DNA of 64,000 nt from a virus: positions 3,560-67,559 of IMG/VR virus record IMGVR_UViG_3300025728_000371; one strand, given 5' to 3'. The position numbers and the translations under genes are program-made. Each line of letters opens with the position of its first letter. The first letter of the stretch is position 1. The notes under the pieces were generated by a model that was not told where the DNA came from, made no database searches, and saw only the letters and a program-made list of their open reading frames with translations. Shown here piece by piece: positions 36,574 to 45,145 of this stretch.

Positions 36574-37329
36574 ATGACGTTCCATCAAAAACTGTTTGTT
36601 TTCGCGGCGATTGCCGCCAGCTCGCTGCTGGCCTCCATCAACGCCCAGGCGGCGCAGATCCAGCAATGCGAAAACATGTCCCGGCCCATCGGCTACCTGA
36701 CGGTCGAGGCCAATATTCTCTCCGGAAACTGCCCGACCCGTAAGGCCATTCGCTACCGTACTCCGGAGGAGAACCTGACTATCATCAAGCCACAGGAACT
36801 GCCGAGCCTGAGCGAACCGTGGGTGGTGATTTCCGCCAACGACAGCCTGGGTGCGAATGCCAACTATCGTATCGCTGCGGCGCGAGATGGCATTGTCGCT
36901 TGCGCGATCCCCGGCACCTATCGTCCGGCGGGTTATTTCTCCCTGCCTGCCGGTCGTGTCGGCGGCTGCGGTAACAGCGGTGGTTCTGTGGACAATGCCC
37001 TGACCCACTACAAGATTGTGATCACCGATATCGTCAAGTCAGCAGGCACTCCCGCCTCGATCAAGGTCACGCTCAACCCGAAGAACCCTGAGCGCACCCT
37101 CAACTACGTGATCCGCGTCTCCGCCGACCTGAACGGCACCCGCACCACGGTGAGCAAACAAGGGCTGACCGGCTCGGGTTCGTACACCCTCAACAGCCTG
37201 GCGCCGTCGCTGGTGCCGCTGGCGCAGCAGAACGCCTACTTCACCTTTGAAACGGAAGTATTTGCCCTGGGCACTTCGCTGACCAAGTCGCTGAACATGG
37301 CCTATGGCCTGGAGTTGCTGGGGCAGTAA
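36574..37329 (+). CDS. Exported cargo protein of unknown function
   Basis: Signal peptide ending AQA; four Cys; non-phage-like. Confidence 0.8.
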   Translation: MTFHQKLFVFAAIAASSLLASINAQAAQIQQCENMSRPIGYLTVEANILSGNCPTRKAIRYRTPEENLTIIKPQELPSLSEPWVVISANDSLGANANYRIAAARDGIVACAIPGTYRPAGYFSLPAGRVGGCGNSGGSVDNALTHYKIVITDIVKSAGTPASIKVTLNPKNPERTLNYVIRVSADLNGTRTTVSKQGLTGSGSYTLNSLAPSLVPLAQQNAYFTFETEVFALGTSLTKSLNMAYGLELLGQ

Positions 37330-37471
37330 GCGGCGCCCGACCTGGATGGTTTGCAGTGTCTGACCATTGGCCTTTACCAGCACTGGACGGCCGGGCGTAT
37401 CGGCATCAATGCGTCCGGCCGTACGCAACTCTCAAATCGGATCCACCGTGACTCTGCAACGGGAACCCCTC

Positions 37472-37993
37472 ATGCATGCAAACCCTATCGATAGCCCCTC
37501 GATGCTGTTTTCTACTATCCAGAGCGTGATCAAGGCCGCTTACCCTCAGCTCAAGGTGGGTACTCGCCGCGACTTCGACAGTGTAGTGGTGCCGGCCTGG
37601 GTGCTGATCAGCATCGACGGCGACCGTGCTGGCACTCGTTCCAGTAATGGCCGCCGCGCCCATGATTTCAGTCTCTCGTTGCAGGCGGTGGTCGCCACCC
37701 AGGAGATGGATGCGACCTTGTCGGCCTGCAACCTGGCCAGCCAGTTGATCGATCTGGTCATCGATAACCGCTGGGGCGCAACAGACCAGTGCGAATTGCC
37801 CAGCAATATCCAGGGTGTGCCGTCGACCTTCACCCTTGCCGGTCAGGTCTATGGCGGCTGGACCATTTCCTTCAACCAGACCTTTTACTTCGGTCCCCCG
37901 TTGCTGGACGACCCGACCGGAGTTCCCCGGTTCGCCCGCAGTTGGGAAGTGACCAACCTTGATGACCCCGACCAATACACGCCGCTTCCCTAG
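37472..37993 (+). CDS. Tailocin 1 tail completion/terminator-like protein
   Basis: DNRWG, W.I.F.Q..Y.G; first gene of the P2-like module; start uncertain. Confidence 0.7.
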   Translation: MHANPIDSPSMLFSTIQSVIKAAYPQLKVGTRRDFDSVVVPAWVLISIDGDRAGTRSSNGRRAHDFSLSLQAVVATQEMDATLSACNLASQLIDLVIDNRWGATDQCELPSNIQGVPSTFTLAGQVYGGWTISFNQTFYFGPPLLDDPTGVPRFARSWEVTNLDDPDQYTPLP

Positions 37994-38014
37994 GAAGCCT
38001 GCAAGGAGCTGACG

Positions 38015-38626
38015 ATGTTCGATGCGCTGCTACGCCTGCAACTGAGCCCGATCATCGAGCGCCTGGCTGAAATGGAGGCAGAAATCGACGACCTGCATCG
38101 TCGGGCCGAGAGTTTCTGTCGTATTGGCGTGTGCGTATCGGTGGACGCAGCGAGCAATACCTGCAAGGTCAGGCATGGCGAGCTGCTGACCCCGGCGATC
38201 CGCTTCTTCAATCCCAGCGCTGGCGAACAGAGCGAGTCGCGTATTCCCTCGGTGGGCGAGCAATGCTTGCTGCTGAACTACGGCGCAGGGGAGGGCGGTA
38301 GCCAGTCGGTGGCGTTGTTCGGCATCAATTGCGACCGCTTTCCTCCGGCCGCGACGACGGCAAACCTGACGCGTCGGTTGCACAAGGACGGCACCGAGAG
38401 CAGCTATGACGACAGCACCCACATACTCAACTGGAAAAACGGCGAGGCCGCCTTCCGCGGTTCCCGTGAAGGGGTTGAGCTGACCCTGGGGCCGGCGCGT
38501 CTGGCGCTGACCGCGCAGTCCATCGAGCTGAAGCTGGGCGCGGTGGGGCTGACCCTCGATGCCGCCGGCGTTCATCTGCTCGGCCCTCTGGTGGATCACC
38601 AGGGCCGAGTCATCAGTACCGCATAA
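38015..38626 (+). CDS. Baseplate spike (P2 gpV-like)
   Basis: RIG....VD, PSVGEQC.LL, DGT..SYD. Confidence 0.88.
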   Translation: MFDALLRLQLSPIIERLAEMEAEIDDLHRRAESFCRIGVCVSVDAASNTCKVRHGELLTPAIRFFNPSAGEQSESRIPSVGEQCLLLNYGAGEGGSQSVALFGINCDRFPPAATTANLTRRLHKDGTESSYDDSTHILNWKNGEAAFRGSREGVELTLGPARLALTAQSIELKLGAVGLTLDAAGVHLLGPLVDHQGRVISTA

Positions 38627-38636
38627 GGAGCCCGCC

Positions 38637-38969
38637 TTGATCGGAGTCGATAGAAACAGCGGAGTGACGGTCGATGACTGGCTCCAGTTCGTCCAACGCG
38701 CCACCCGCGCTCTCACTACGCCCCTGGGGACTCGCCAGAAACGGCCCCTTTATGGTTCGCAGATTCCCGAGTTGCTGGGGCAGAACCTCGGTGATGACCT
38801 CTTGCTGCTGGCCCAGAGTCACGCGGCGCAGGCGTTCTACAACCAGGCCAACGGCATCGGCGACTTCGTTCCGCAGGTCATCGTCGCCAGCCGCCAGGGG
38901 GCTGGCTTGCTGCTGCGTTTCGCCGGGACCTGGAAGAACCGTCAACAGACATTCGAGGTAGTCACATGA
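38637..38969 (+). CDS. Baseplate wedge (gpW-like)
   Basis: TTG start after AAGGAG; LTTPLGTR..RP.YGS. Confidence 0.82.
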   Translation: MIGVDRNSGVTVDDWLQFVQRATRALTTPLGTRQKRPLYGSQIPELLGQNLGDDLLLLAQSHAAQAFYNQANGIGDFVPQVIVASRQGAGLLLRFAGTWKNRQQTFEVVT

Positions 38970-39961
38970 GCATGTTGATCCCTGGCCAGAACCAACTGGC
39001 GGAACCGGAGATCGTCAAGGTCGAGGTCTTCGAGGACCTGCTCGCCGAGTTCAAGACCTTTGTCGTCGAGTACGTCGGTGCCCGTGCCCCCGACCGCGCG
39101 GCCAAGCTGAAAGTCAGCCTGGAGAATGAAAGCGAGTTGCTGACCATGGCACTCGAGGCTTTCTGCGTACGTCTGCAGACCCATGAGCGCAAGTACAACG
39201 CCCGTATCAAGCAGATGCTGGCCTGGTGGGCCACTGGCAGTAACCTCGATGCCCGCCTGGCTGACATGGGGCTGGAACGGCAGTTGCTGGATCCGGGGGA
39301 TCCGACGGCGTTTCCGCCGATTCCGCCCCTTTATGAAAGTGATGACGATGCGCGCCTGCGTTATTACCTGGCGCCCCATGCTCCGGCTGCGGGGTCGCGC
39401 ATGCAGTATCGCCGTGAGGTGTTCACCTTGGGGGAGCGCCCCTCGGTCAAGGTGGAAAACACGTCACCGGGCGTCGTTGCTGTCACCTACACCTTCGACC
39501 CCGATGGTTACGCCGCGCAGGTCAAGGATGGCAACGGCCGGCGCACGGCACCTGGTGAGGTGATGGTGACCGTTCTTGCACGCAGTGGCGACGGTACGCC
39601 GTCGGCCGAATTGCTCGATCGGGTTCGCAGTCATTTCTCCCGCCCCGATGTCCGGCCGGAGACGGATCTCGTCAGCGTCCAGGGTGCCGAGATCAAGAAC
39701 TACAAGATCCGCGTAGTGGCCAGGATCAACGGCGGACCCGATTCGGGGCTCACCCAACTGGCGGCGGTCCGTCAACTCCAGGCTTACGCCGAGGCCTGCC
39801 ATCGGCTGGAGGGACGGGTCGAACCGAGCTGGATCGACTACACCCTGCACAGTGCCGGCGCCGTGCAGGTCGAGATTCTCGAACCGCGTGAGCCCATTGT
39901 CACCACGGCATTTCAGGCACCTTACTGCACGGCTGTCGAGGTTGAGGTGCTGACGTTATGA
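38966..39961 (+). CDS. Baseplate J-like protein
   Basis: A.GSNLD, ESDDD.R.R, AG....Y, PGEV.VTVL. Confidence 0.9.
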   Translation: MSMLIPGQNQLAEPEIVKVEVFEDLLAEFKTFVVEYVGARAPDRAAKLKVSLENESELLTMALEAFCVRLQTHERKYNARIKQMLAWWATGSNLDARLADMGLERQLLDPGDPTAFPPIPPLYESDDDARLRYYLAPHAPAAGSRMQYRREVFTLGERPSVKVENTSPGVVAVTYTFDPDGYAAQVKDGNGRRTAPGEVMVTVLARSGDGTPSAELLDRVRSHFSRPDVRPETDLVSVQGAEIKNYKIRVVARINGGPDSGLTQLAAVRQLQAYAEACHRLEGRVEPSWIDYTLHSAGAVQVEILEPREPIVTTAFQAPYCTAVEVEVLTL

Positions 39962-40608
39962 CGGAGGAAGAAAACCTCGACAGCCTGTTACCCGCCAACA
40001 GTTCTCCACTGGAAAAGGCCCTTGATCTGGCTTTCGGGAAACTGCTCGAACGTGTTATCCCGCCTTTTCCCGAACTGATGAGCCCGCAGCAGACGCCTAT
40101 TGATTTCCTGCCTTATCTGGGTGCGGATCGGGGTGTCAGCGAGTGGGATGCGCAAGCCAGCGAGACCGAAAAACGTCTGACCGTCTCCCTGTCCTGGCAG
40201 ATCCAGCGCCAGGCCGGAGTACACAAGGCGCTGAGTCATGCAGTGGAGTCTCTGGGCTTCACGCCGAACATTTCTGCCTGGTACGAGCAACATCCCCGGG
40301 GTACGCCGTATACCTTCGATGTACAGGCGATCATCGGTCGCGTTTGGTCGAGCGGCGATCACAACCGTCTGATTCGTCGTATCAACGCGGCGAAGAGCGA
40401 GCGTGACCAGGGCACTATCACCATCGTGCACGAAACCCGCGGGGACGTGCGGGTCGCCGCTGCGCTCGACAGCCCGCTCAGCATTCACGACGACAGCCTC
40501 GAAGGCGCGTTGCCCGACCTGAGTCTGCGAGCAGCGCTGGGCCTCGGCAGTGGCACTCATCAGCCGTTAGGCGACGGTGAGCTTTTCCTCAGTGCGGTAT
40601 TGCCTTGA
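39958..40608 (+). CDS. P2 gpI-like tail protein
   Basis: SLLPANSSPLEKAL, FLPYL...RGV.EW. Confidence 0.85.
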   Translation: MTEEENLDSLLPANSSPLEKALDLAFGKLLERVIPPFPELMSPQQTPIDFLPYLGADRGVSEWDAQASETEKRLTVSLSWQIQRQAGVHKALSHAVESLGFTPNISAWYEQHPRGTPYTFDVQAIIGRVWSSGDHNRLIRRINAAKSERDQGTITIVHETRGDVRVAAALDSPLSIHDDSLEGALPDLSLRAALGLGSGTHQPLGDGELFLSAVLP

Positions 40609-40676
40609 GCTGACGGGCAGACGCGATCGATGGGGGCCGGTGCCCCTTCCTACACACGAAACTTCAAGGCGAAGCC

Positions 40677-41207
40677 ATGACACAAGACATTACGCGCCTG
40701 GTTCGCTTCACTTCAGCCGGGTTGGCTGAAGTGCTGCAGGCAAGAAACCAGGGCTTGAAAGGAAGCATCACCCATATTGGCGCCGGGACCGCGCGCTATG
40801 ACCCGAACGGTAGCGAGACGGCCCTGCGCGACGAGCGCCAGCGGGTGGCGATCATCGACTACGAGGATCTGGGCTCGCAACAACTGCGTATGGCCGCGTT
40901 ATTCGACGGCACCGATGAATATGAAATCGGTGAGTTCGGCTTCTACCTTGCCAGCGGCACTTTGCTGGCGGTGTATTCGGTGGCTGGCACGCTGTTGACC
41001 TATAAGGCGGCGGCTGCCCGCGTGCTGCAGAAGTTCACGCTGGATATTTCAGCCTTGCCGACCGACAGCGTCACGGTGGTCGTCGGCAGTGAAAATCTCA
41101 ATGTGTTGCTGGCGCAGGAGATCGCCGAACTGGCCGCAGCCTCGATCGGCAACATGTACCGCCATGTGGACCTGATGTTGCGGGTGATGGCGTTGGAGGC
41201 GAAGTAG
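40677..41207 (+). CDS. Tail fibre N-terminal anchor protein
   Basis: T.AGL, ITHI..G, EIGEFGF...SGTLLAV; unusually short. Confidence 0.75.
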   Translation: MTQDITRLVRFTSAGLAEVLQARNQGLKGSITHIGAGTARYDPNGSETALRDERQRVAIIDYEDLGSQQLRMAALFDGTDEYEIGEFGFYLASGTLLAVYSVAGTLLTYKAAAARVLQKFTLDISALPTDSVTVVVGSENLNVLLAQEIAELAAASIGNMYRHVDLMLRVMALEAK

Positions 41208-41273
41208 GGCCTGACGACGGTACCGTGACATTGAATGCCAGTATTGGTTACTTAAATTTTATTGGGGTTGATA

Positions 41274-42068
41274 ATGGGAATTGAAACAACGATTACCAAG
41301 GTTGTGGATGCGTGTAACAAACTGACCGAGACGGTGACCAACCAGCTCGGCAAGATCGACGCGCGTATGGATGTCGCACTCGACCAGTTTACGAACTGGC
41401 GCAATTCGGTAAAGGCGAAGGACATCAATGGCAAGGAGTCTTATGCCCAGATCATCGACTTGACCGGACTGCCTACGGATATGATGTATCCGGTCTGGTG
41501 GCGGATGCCGGGTAACGATCGAGGTGTCTCTGAGATCAGTATCACTCGTACCTTTTCACAGGATTCTGATCGTGATCCGTTCAAGAACAATGCGGAAGTT
41601 CATGTTGCAGGCTTGAATCTGGAACTGGAAGGGTGTGGTTGCCTTTGGCATGGCGATGCCAACTTCATGGCTATCAAGCGAGTATCCCAGACATATCGTG
41701 AAACAGTGCGCCGTGCTGAGTTTGGCATGTTGTGTATTGCCCGACCAGCTACAGGCACGCTTCCCATGTATGCAGGTATTAAGAGTGGTGACCTGGTCAA
41801 CTCTTACCAGGACTCGGGTTGCTATTTGCGCGGTGGGCTTACCTATAAGTTGGTCAAGAACTTCTCTGAGGAGGTTCACTACAGTCGTGTTGATAAGGAA
41901 GTTGAGATTAGCCGGGCGGTAGTCAATGAGGTAAATAATACGGGAGAGATTGCCTGGATGGTTAAATCATTTTCCATCAATGCGCCTGAGATGGGACAGG
42001 CTTATCCTGAAACCCGTCTTGCCTATACCAATGACAACGACAAACGCTACACCGTGAAGGGGGCCTGA
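41274..42068 (+). CDS. Putative tail fibre/receptor-binding subunit of tailocin 1
   Basis: Coiled-coil N-terminus then lower-GC globular domain (YPVWW, YLRGG). Confidence 0.65.
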   Translation: MGIETTITKVVDACNKLTETVTNQLGKIDARMDVALDQFTNWRNSVKAKDINGKESYAQIIDLTGLPTDMMYPVWWRMPGNDRGVSEISITRTFSQDSDRDPFKNNAEVHVAGLNLELEGCGCLWHGDANFMAIKRVSQTYRETVRRAEFGMLCIARPATGTLPMYAGIKSGDLVNSYQDSGCYLRGGLTYKLVKNFSEEVHYSRVDKEVEISRAVVNEVNNTGEIAWMVKSFSINAPEMGQAYPETRLAYTNDNDKRYTVKGA

Positions 42069-42070
42069 GC

Positions 42071-42373
42071 ATGTCCGGTTTTATCGAGAAACTCCTGGTC
42101 GCCTCTGGCGAAACCCTGATCAACGTCCCTGCCGACCGCTCCACACTGATCGCATTGGGCTTCAGTGCCGAACACGCTGATGAAATCTGCCTGGAAAACG
42201 AACGTGCGCAAAAGCTGGAAAACCTGGTCGCTGCGCGCCGTACCCGGTATGTCAGCGAGGCCGATCCGCTTTTCCTGGAATGGCAATACGACCAGAGCCC
42301 CGAAAAGGAAAAAGCCTGGCGCGACAAGGTCGCCGAGATCAAGGCGCTTTATCCCTTGCCGGCTCGTAGTTAA
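42071..42373 (+). CDS. Fibre chaperone-like protein
   Basis: RR..Y..EADPLFLEWQYD......WR.KV.EIK..YP. Confidence 0.7.
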   Translation: MSGFIEKLLVASGETLINVPADRSTLIALGFSAEHADEICLENERAQKLENLVAARRTRYVSEADPLFLEWQYDQSPEKEKAWRDKVAEIKALYPLPARS

Positions 42374-42459
42374 TCCACCACCGCGAAAGCTGTTTTTTTT
42401 CGCCTGCACACAGCCCCTATCCGGGGCTTTCGTGTTTTTGCGTCTGGAGAAATTCGCAA

Positions 42460-42657
42460 ATGTCCAACCGCCAGAAATACACCGTCATCGTGCCGTTCCC
42501 CATCGGGGGCGGGCACTGGTCGAGCGTCGGCCAGGAGCTCGAACTGCTCGATGTCGAAGCCAGCGCGCTGCGTAGCGCCGGACGCCTGGAACTGTCCAGC
42601 GTCCTGGCCCAGAACTCCCACCCGGCCAAGACGGCCGCCACCAGGAAGGTAGAATAA
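42460..42657 (+). CDS. Small hypothetical tail protein
   Basis: 65 aa with GGAG RBS before sheath. Confidence 0.65.
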   Translation: MSNRQKYTVIVPFPIGGGHWSSVGQELELLDVEASALRSAGRLELSSVLAQNSHPAKTAATRKVE

Positions 42658-42659
42658 CC

Positions 42660-43826
42660 ATGGCTGAGGTTTTGAACTTCGAGCACAACGGCATCACTGT
42701 CAATGCCACCGAATCGCCGGAGGCCATGGGTGGCCTGGGCGACAACGTCATCGGTCTGGTCGGTACCGCACCGAACGCCAGCGCCCTGCTGCCGCGCAAC
42801 ACTCCGCTGCGCTTGAACAGCTTCACCACCCAGGCACAGTTGGACCCCACCGGTGCTGAAGCCGGCACCCTGTTCCAGGCGGTCTACCAGATTCTGAAAG
42901 TGGTCAAGGTACCGGTCTACGTGGTCATCGTCGAAGAGGGCGCTACCCCCGCCGATACCCTGAACAACGTGATCGGCGGCGAAGACCCGACCACCGGTCG
43001 CAAGCTGGGCCTGGCGGCGCTGAACAGCGTTCCCGAGGACCTGACCATCATTGGTGCGCCGGGCTTCACCGGCTCCAAGGCTGTTGCCGGCGAATTCGCC
43101 GCCTTCGGCAAGCGCATCAAGGCCCGTGTGGTGCTCGATGGCAAGGATGTCTCGGTCGCCGACCAAGTGAACTACAGCAAGGAACTGGGCGGCGCCGAAC
43201 TGGACTTCGACCGTTGCCTGCTGGTGCACAACCTGCCGGCCATCTACTCCAGGGCGGCGAAGAAGAACGTGTTCCTGGCACCGTCCAGCCTGGCCATCGC
43301 CGCACTGGCCAAGGTCAAGCAATGGGAAAGCCCGGGCAACCAGGTGACCTTCGCCGAGGACGTTTCCCGCGTCGTCGAATACAACATCCTCGACACTTCC
43401 ACCGAGGGCGATCTGCTCAACCGCTATGGCGTCAGCTACTACGCCCGCACCGTACTCGGTGGCTTTTCCCTGCTGGGCAATCGCTCGGTCACCGGCAAGT
43501 TCATCAGCTACGTCGGCCTGGAAGATGCCATCAGCCGCAAGCTGGTCAAGGCCGGCCAGAAAGCCATGGCGCGCAATCTCACCAAATCCTTCATGGAGCA
43601 GGAGGTCAAGCGCATCAACGACTGGCTGCAGACCCTGGTGGCCGATGAAACCATCCCGGGTGGCAACGTCTACCTGCACCCCGAGCTGAACAGCGTCGAG
43701 AAATACAAGAACGGCACCTGGTTCGTGGTCATCGACTACGGCCGCTATGCCCCGAACGAGCACATGGTTTACCAGCTCAACGCCCGCGATGAAATCATCG
43801 AACAGTTCCTGGAGGACGTTCTCTAA
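42660..43826 (+). CDS. Tail sheath (P2 FI-like)
   Basis: HNGI.V, VIGLVGTAP, APGF, SPGNQ, GNR. Confidence 0.92.
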   Translation: MAEVLNFEHNGITVNATESPEAMGGLGDNVIGLVGTAPNASALLPRNTPLRLNSFTTQAQLDPTGAEAGTLFQAVYQILKVVKVPVYVVIVEEGATPADTLNNVIGGEDPTTGRKLGLAALNSVPEDLTIIGAPGFTGSKAVAGEFAAFGKRIKARVVLDGKDVSVADQVNYSKELGGAELDFDRCLLVHNLPAIYSRAAKKNVFLAPSSLAIAALAKVKQWESPGNQVTFAEDVSRVVEYNILDTSTEGDLLNRYGVSYYARTVLGGFSLLGNRSVTGKFISYVGLEDAISRKLVKAGQKAMARNLTKSFMEQEVKRINDWLQTLVADETIPGGNVYLHPELNSVEKYKNGTWFVVIDYGRYAPNEHMVYQLNARDEIIEQFLEDVL

Positions 43827-44332
43827 TGTTTACCAACCGCGTAAGACAGGCCATTGCGGCCACCCTCCAAGGCCTGCCGCTGTCGGCCACGGTGGAGGAA
43901 TTCACCCCGCCGAAGATCGAGTTCGACATGGAAACGATGCAGGGCGGCCGTTTCATCGTCGAGGAAATGGCCAAGGGCGCCAAGGCGCTGTCGGCCAAGC
44001 TGATCCTGCAGGGCGCCGGTCCCGAGCTGATGCTGGCACTGGGCGTGACCGTGGGCGACGACATCCTGCTCAATGTCCGCGAGGCTGGCCAGGACCAGGA
44101 TGGCAACACCTACTTCATCTACCACACCGTCGGTGGCCGGCTGAAATCCCTCGAGGAAAGCACCCTGAAAATGGGCGACAAGCCCAAGACCACCCTGGAG
44201 TTCTCCTGCCGTACCTACAACCGCCTGGAAAACGGCGTGCCGGTCATCGACATCGATGTGCGCACGCAGAAATTCATGCTCAACGGCGTGGACATCCTGG
44301 GTAGTGCACGCCGCGCCGTGCTGATGCCCTGA
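43826..44332 (+). CDS. Tail tube (P2 FII-like)
   Basis: EEFTPPKI, IDID......NGVD.L. Confidence 0.9.
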   Translation: MFTNRVRQAIAATLQGLPLSATVEEFTPPKIEFDMETMQGGRFIVEEMAKGAKALSAKLILQGAGPELMLALGVTVGDDILLNVREAGQDQDGNTYFIYHTVGGRLKSLEESTLKMGDKPKTTLEFSCRTYNRLENGVPVIDIDVRTQKFMLNGVDILGSARRAVLMP

Positions 44333-44417
44333 GCCGCGTTTCGCGGTTTTTATCGGCCGTCTCGACCCATTCAAGGGTGTCGCTGACGGCCCCATCCGTC
44401 TTCAAGGAGTTCACTAC

Positions 44418-45017
44418 ATGTCCTGGATGCCCCCCAAGCATCGCCTGCTTTCGCCCATCACCGCCGATGACGGTGGGCAGATCGAGCAGATCCAGCTCAA
44501 GCCGCTGCTTTATGCCGCGCAAAAGGAAGCCCTGGCTCGTGCCGGAGACGATGAGGATGATCAGTTCTTCGCGCTGGCCAAGCTGGCGACCGGTCTTTCG
44601 GACAAGGTACTCGACCAGCTCAAGCGCCCGGACTACGTAAGCATCGCCCAGTACGTGCACGACATGTCGACGCGCCCCGCCAGCTATTTCCTGGAGCAGT
44701 CCGCCGAGGCTCAGCGTGCCACTGGCGAAGTGCAGGAGTCGGATCCCGACCAGGTGCAACTGCTGCAGCCGCTGGACCTGGGCGGGCGCAGCATCAGCTC
44801 GCTGAGCCTGGAAATGCCCGCGTTGCGGGCGACCAAGGTGATGAAGACGCTGAAGACGGCCAAGGAACGGGCCGAGTTCATCACCGCCCATTGCACCGGG
44901 CTGATGATTCCCGATCTGGCCCATCTCACCGTACCTGACTGGACCCAGTTGCAGGTGCGTATCGATGATTTTTTAAACAAACCGGCGGCCTTCTTTCAGA
45001 GCGCGACATCGAAGTAA
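44418..45017 (+). CDS. Tail assembly chaperone (two-domain)
   Basis: Position after tube; TTTTTTAAAC slippery site 44969-44978. Confidence 0.82.
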   Translation: MSWMPPKHRLLSPITADDGGQIEQIQLKPLLYAAQKEALARAGDDEDDQFFALAKLATGLSDKVLDQLKRPDYVSIAQYVHDMSTRPASYFLEQSAEAQRATGEVQESDPDQVQLLQPLDLGGRSISSLSLEMPALRATKVMKTLKTAKERAEFITAHCTGLMIPDLAHLTVPDWTQLQVRIDDFLNKPAAFFQSATSK

Positions 45018-45139
45018 TTCTCGATGTCGTGCCGCTCGTCTACCTGGCGAGCGAGGCGGAGATCCTCGAGTGGGACGCCGCAAAGGCCATGCGCCGCTAC
45101 GACATAGCGGTGGCACGCCTGGGGTTGAAAGAGGAGTAG
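44969..45139 (+). CDS. -1 frameshift extension of tail chaperone (E'-like)
   Basis: -1 frame reads KQTGGLLSERDIEVILDVVPLVY...EILEWD...GLKEE* to TAG 45137-45139. Confidence 0.72.
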   Translation, partial: FFKQTGGLLSERDIEVILDVVPLVYLASEAEILEWDAAKAMRRYDIAVARLGLKEE

Positions 45140-45145
45140 CGCCGG

